Shown here: positions 16,324-20,577 of the stretch, piece by piece
How the letters are laid out: the number at the start of each line of letters is the position of its first letter
Numbering within the stretch: position 1 is the stretch's first letter
NCBI GenBank assembly: GCA_036478295.1
Contig: JAZGDW010000146.1
Location: 1 to 20,577, forward strand
Source of the DNA: Candidatus Krumholzibacteriia bacterium
GTDB taxonomy: Bacteria; Krumholzibacteriota; Krumholzibacteriia; WVZY01
DNA length: 20,577 nucleotides
Direction of reading: 5' to 3'
Notes under the pieces: model-generated
The model's database searches: none
The model's input: the letters and a program-made list of their open reading frames with translations, nothing else
What the model was told of the DNA's origin: nothing
Translations under genes and position numbers: made by a program

Positions 16324-19300
16324 TCAGGTACCAATGAGCTCCTCCGCTTCCTTGCGACTCTGGATGCGCTCTTCCCGCGCTTTCACCATAGCATAGATGG
16401 CGGGAATCACGATCAGGGTCAGTATTGTCGACGAGATAAGCCCGCCGATCATCGGCGCCGCCATTCGTTTCATCGGCCTGGCACCAGCACCGATCATCCA
16501 CATGATCGGCAGCAGCCCCATGATGGTCGTCGCCACGGTCATGATTTTCGGCCGCACACGAATAACGGCGCCTTCAATGACGGCGCTGTGCAGGCGGCTC
16601 ATGGTCATTACTCCCGCCTTGGCCTTCTCTTTGGCCCAGGCAATGTTTAGAAAGAGCAGCATGACCACACCTGTCTCCGCAGCCAGGCCGGACAGCGCGA
16701 TAAAGCCCACGCCCGATGCGACGCTCAAGTTGAAACCGAGGAAATACATGTACCAGACTCCCCCGACCACTGCGAAAGGCAACGAGAGCATCACCACAAG
16801 TGTTTCCTGGATGCGTCCGAAGTTGAAATAGAGCAGCAGGAATATAATAAGGAGGGTGATCGGAACCACGACCCGCAGCTTACGGTTGACCTCGATCATC
16901 TGCTCGTACTGACCGCTCCACGAGATGTAGTATCCAGCGGGGAGTACCACTTCACTCTCGACGGCTTTCTTCGCGCGCACCACATAGCTGCCCACATCCT
17001 GGCCTTTCTGCAGATCCACGTAGACGATCGCCTGCAGGAGCGCGTTCTCGCTCTTGATTCCCGGCGGACCCTTGATGATTCTTGTGGTTGCGAGCTGGCC
17101 CAGTGGAACCTGGCTCCCGCCCGGCGTATGTACGAGTACGCGGCTTAATTTCTGCGGGTCGTCGCGGAGCTCTCTCGGATAGCGGACGTTCACCGGAAAC
17201 CGGTAGCGGCCTTCGACGGTCTGAGTGATATTCATGCCGCCGACTGCCGTTTCGATGACATCCTGCACGCGTTCGATGGTCAGCCCATGCCGAGCGACCT
17301 CACGGCGGTCGATATCGAAATCGAGATAGTTGCCACCCATGACTCGTTCGGCGATCGCGCTGAGCGTTCCCGGTACCCTTTTCACCACACCCTCCGCTTC
17401 GATGGCAATCCGTTCGAGCGTTTCCAGGTCGTCTCCGTAGATCTTTATCCCGATGGGGGTCTTGATCCCCGTGGCCAGCATGTCGATCCGGGTTTTTATT
17501 GGCATGGTCCACGCATTAGTGAGCCCGATGAATTTGAACTCTTTGTCCATATCGTCGTACATCAGCTCTTCGATGGTCAGGCTCTTCATGGGCACCGACT
17601 TGATACTTACCTTGTCGTTTAGAATCGTCGCGATCTCGTCGTGTAGACCGCCGATTTTTTCCGGGCTTGCGTAGTCGTTCGACACCAGGCGTTCGTACAG
17701 GTTGTCCGTGATCCCTTCCGTCACACCGTTTACGGCCGCGATGTCGATCAGTGCCCTCGAGCTCCCACGGACCAGCAGGTGCCGGATCCGGGTCTGCACA
17801 CTCTTGCGAACCATTCCTTCTACCTCTCCCCCGAGCGTCGTGACATCCACATCCGCGTCGTCTCTCAGAAAATCCCGGCGCTCGAGCTCTTTCAATACGC
17901 GTTTCGTCTTGTCGCGCACGAAACCGTACTTGATCCACCGCTTGGGCCAATCATCGCGCTCCTTGAGCGTCACCGTCGTCTCCACCATGGTAAGCGGCGC
18001 CGGGTCCGTGGCGGTGTCCGCCCGTCCGATCTTGCCGAACACCACGTCGACCTCGGGAAAGGTCTTGAAAAGCTTATCTTGTGTCTGCACGAGGCGCTTG
18101 GCTTCGGTCTCCGATATGCCCGGCAACGACGTCGGCATGTAGAGAATATCCCCTTCGTTCAGCGGCGGCATGAACTCGGAGCCCAGTTTGGCGTAGGGAA
18201 AATAAGTGAGCGCGAGGATCACAAGGGACAGAAGAATGACAAGCCTGCCATTGTTGAGCGCCCACTTGATCACCGGCCGGTATATGAATATCAAGAAACG
18301 GCTGACCACCAGCTTGTTTTCGGGATGGATCTTGCCCCTCACGAAAAACCCCATGAGAATCGGTGTTATGGTAATGGCGATGACGGCGCTGGCGGCCATG
18401 GCGAAGGTCTTGGTGAACGCAAGCGGCTTGAAGAGCCGGCCCGCCTGCCCCTGCAGGGAAAAAACAGGGAGGAACGATACGGTAATAATGAGCAGCGAGA
18501 AGAACAGCGACGGCCCCACCTCGACGGCCGCTTCGCGGACCAGGTCCCAGCGTTCCTTGCCGGTGACGTCCCCTGCCTTTTCCAGGTGTTTGTGCGTGTT
18601 CTCTATCAATACCACGGCCGCATCCACCATGGCCCCGATGGCGATGGCGATGCCGCCAAGCGACATGATGTTCGCGTTCACCCCGATGCGGTGCATGACG
18701 ATGAAGGCAATCACTATCCCGAGCGGCAGGGAGACGGCGGCCACGAGAGCGCTCCGCGCGTGCCACAAAAAGAGGACGCAGACCAGTGCGACGATGATAA
18801 TCTGCTGGATGAGTTCGTGACTGAGCGTATTGATCGATCTTCGTATCAGCTTGCTGCGATCATACGCCGTTACGATCTCGACCCCGGGCGGAAGCCCGGC
18901 CGATATTTCCTGTATCTTCGCCTTGACGTCATCGATGACTTTGAGCGCGTTCCCGCCATAGCGCATGACGACGATGCCGCCGACGACCTCACCTTCGCCG
19001 TTCTTCTCCGCGATACCCCGCCGGATATCCGGTCCCATCTGCACCTGTGCGATGTCCTTGACGAGCACCGGCGTGCCACCCCCGGCCTTGAGAACAACGT
19101 TTTCGATATCCTCGATGCTCTGGATATAGCCGCGACCCCGCACCATGTACTCGGTCTCGGACATCTCCAGCAACCGGCCCCCGACGTCCTTGTTGCTCTG
19201 CCGCACCGCACTGATGATCGAGCTCAGGGATATGTTGTAGGTCTGAAGCAGGTGGGGGTAGACGGTGATCTGGTACTGGCGTTTGAAGCCCCCGATGCCG

Positions 19301-19878
19301 GCGACTTCCGCCACGCCGGGAACGCTCATCAACTGGTAGCGAACGTACCAGTCCTGTAGCGCGCGCAGCTCGCCGAGGTTGTACTGCCGGTTCTTGTCCT
19401 CGAGTGTGTATTGAAAAACCCACCCGACACCACTCGCGTCGGGACCGAGCGAGGTGCGTGCGTCCTTCGGCAGCTGGTCGGTGGCCTGGCTCAGGTATTC
19501 GAGCACGCGGCTTCTGGCCCAATAGATATCGGTACCGTCTTCGAAGATGACGTAGACGAACGAGATACCGAAGAAGGAATACCCGCGAACGGCCCGCACG
19601 CTGGGCACCGCCAGCAGCGCCGTGGTCAGCGGATAGGTCACCTGGTCTTCGATGGTCTGGGGATCCCGGCCCATCCACTCGCTGAAAACGATGACCTGGG
19701 TGTCACTGAGATCGGGGATGGCGTCGAGCGGTGTGTCGAACATGGCAAGCAGACCGCCAGCTGTCACCATCAGCGTCAGGATGATGACGAGAAGGCGGTT
19801 GTCGATGCACCACGTAATCACATAGGCGACGGCCGAGCGACGCTCCCCCTCGCCCGCCCGGTTGTTTTCAGCGGTCAT
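16324..19878 (-). CDS. cusA: CusA-type Cu(I)/Ag(I) RND efflux permease with ~120-aa insertion
   Basis: PLDAIPDLSDTQVI, GPDASGVGWVFQY, GAMVDAA, the Met triad LYMPT/APLTMVE/RIDMLATG, and RVRPKIMTV. ATG at 19878 lies 1 nt after the upstream stop codon. Confidence 0.96.
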   Translation of the reverse strand: MTAENNRAGEGERRSAVAYVITWCIDNRLLVIILTLMVTAGGLLAMFDTPLDAIPDLSDTQVIVFSEWMGRDPQTIEDQVTYPLTTALLAVPSVRAVRGYSFFGISFVYVIFEDGTDIYWARSRVLEYLSQATDQLPKDARTSLGPDASGVGWVFQYTLEDKNRQYNLGELRALQDWYVRYQLMSVPGVAEVAGIGGFKRQYQITVYPHLLQTYNISLSSIISAVRQSNKDVGGRLLEMSETEYMVRGRGYIQSIEDIENVVLKAGGGTPVLVKDIAQVQMGPDIRRGIAEKNGEGEVVGGIVVMRYGGNALKVIDDVKAKIQEISAGLPPGVEIVTAYDRSKLIRRSINTLSHELIQQIIIVALVCVLFLWHARSALVAAVSLPLGIVIAFIVMHRIGVNANIMSLGGIAIAIGAMVDAAVVLIENTHKHLEKAGDVTGKERWDLVREAAVEVGPSLFFSLLIITVSFLPVFSLQGQAGRLFKPLAFTKTFAMAASAVIAITITPILMGFFVRGKIHPENKLVVSRFLIFIYRPVIKWALNNGRLVILLSLVILALTYFPYAKLGSEFMPPLNEGDILYMPTSLPGISETEAKRLVQTQDKLFKTFPEVDVVFGKIGRADTATDPAPLTMVETTVTLKERDDWPKRWIKYGFVRDKTKRVLKELERRDFLRDDADVDVTTLGGEVEGMVRKSVQTRIRHLLVRGSSRALIDIAAVNGVTEGITDNLYERLVSNDYASPEKIGGLHDEIATILNDKVSIKSVPMKSLTIEELMYDDMDKEFKFIGLTNAWTMPIKTRIDMLATGIKTPIGIKIYGDDLETLERIAIEAEGVVKRVPGTLSAIAERVMGGNYLDFDIDRREVARHGLTIERVQDVIETAVGGMNITQTVEGRYRFPVNVRYPRELRDDPQKLSRVLVHTPGGSQVPLGQLATTRIIKGPPGIKSENALLQAIVYVDLQKGQDVGSYVVRAKKAVESEVVLPAGYYISWSGQYEQMIEVNRKLRVVVPITLLIIFLLLYFNFGRIQETLVVMLSLPFAVVGGVWYMYFLGFNLSVASGVGFIALSGLAAETGVVMLLFLNIAWAKEKAKAGVMTMSRLHSAVIEGAVIRVRPKIMTVATTIMGLLPIMWMIGAGARPMKRMAAPMIGGLISSTILTLIVIPAIYAMVKAREERIQSRKEAEELIGT

Positions 19879-19879
19879 T

Positions 19880-20577
19880 TCAATTCCACTCTTTGAGGAT
19901 GCCGCACCGCGGCATCTCGGCGCCAAAGTACGGGTTCGCGGTCACGGCGCCGACCTGGATCCAGTCGGCACCGTCGGGCCCGGCCATCGGACAGTGAATC
20001 CTGTTGGGCACATCCGTCATGTGTGCCCGGTGCACACTGATATAGGCAATCATGACGTTGCTCATCTGTTTGAAGTCCTCGCGCACCGCCTTGATATCGT
20101 TCTTGTGCCCGGCATGCTGCAGCGGCTCCGCCGCTTGTTTGATGGCCGGGTTTTGAGCGTTGGCCGTAATCTTTTCCGCCAGGGCAGGGATCCCCGCCAC
20201 GGTGTCGTTGGCCAGCTTGCCGCCGATGCCGAGATAGGACTCCAGCAGCAGTGCGAAGCGCTCTTCTTCCACGTCGAGAACGATTCCCTTCGGCGTCCCG
20301 TCGCCCTCTCCGGTGTGCCCGCTTTCCTCCAGCATCTTTGCCAGGGCGCCCTGCAGTTGGCTCTCCGAGCCCAGCAGGAAGTTGCCCGACGTAACGATCA
20401 TGTCGCCGCCGGCGAGCCCCGCAATTACTTCGTGATAGCGCAGCGATCCTCTCTGGAAATCGAGCGACTTTTCTCCCGTCGCCTCGCGTTCGAGGTCGTT
20501 CAGCCACAGGCGGCCGAGCTTCACGAGCTTCGGCGTGAACTTGCCCTTCTCTTCTTCTATCAGCACAATCTTGCGGG
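19880..20577 (-). CDS. cusB: CusB-like RND periplasmic adaptor, C-terminal part, fused to DUF3347-like domain (partial)
   Basis: The frame is open to the window edge. FTPKLVKLG...EVIAGLAGGDMIVTSGNFLLGSESQL, then HCPMA...ADWIQ...NPYFGAEMPRCG. Confidence 0.88.
   Translation of the reverse strand, partial: RKIVLIEEEKGKFTPKLVKLGRLWLNDLEREATGEKSLDFQRGSLRYHEVIAGLAGGDMIVTSGNFLLGSESQLQGALAKMLEESGHTGEGDGTPKGIVLDVEEERFALLLESYLGIGGKLANDTVAGIPALAEKITANAQNPAIKQAAEPLQHAGHKNDIKAVREDFKQMSNVMIAYISVHRAHMTDVPNRIHCPMAGPDGADWIQVGAVTANPYFGAEMPRCGILKEWN

Noticed and set aside
17581..17940. Intein in cusA
   Set aside because: No N-terminal Cys/Ser block or C-terminal His-Asn, and the location is periplasmic.
12494..19896. 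Long + strand ORFs (347, 614, 526 aa and others)
   Set aside because: These are antisense shadows of the GC-rich copA, cytochrome and cusA genes, with no recognisable motifs.

Overview
Bacterial window in which every credible gene lies on the minus strand. A secreted protein with an FlgD-Ig-like C-terminal tail suggests an FCB-superphylum lineage such as Krumholzibacteria or Latescibacteria (inference). In transcription order (right to left) there are four blocks. (1) A copper-efflux cluster: partial cusB-like adaptor with a DUF3347-like tail, cusA with a ~120-aa insertion, a YHS-like lipoprotein, a Cys/His exported protein, a di-haem cytochrome c with a His-rich loop and copA, followed by a LOG-family gene with its own promoter. 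(2) A probable old island junction: a tRNA 3'-end fragment plus a degraded recombinase-like C-terminus on the + strand. (3) A DUF3179 lipoprotein split by an in-frame TGA at the conserved Cys and followed by a SECIS-like hairpin (probable selenoprotein), then a GNAT/FemAB-like gene and a 7-repeat beta-propeller secreted protein. (4) A SigH/SigR-like ECF sigma with a zf-HC2 anti-sigma, a secreted protein, a SEC-C/TM/His-repeat protein, a second ECF with no adjacent anti-sigma, and a lipoprotein form of YyaL/SPATA20. The window ends in a near-consensus sigma70 promoter with a tandem repeat driving a secreted protein that runs off the left edge. All family calls come from motif recognition by eye; no database search was run.
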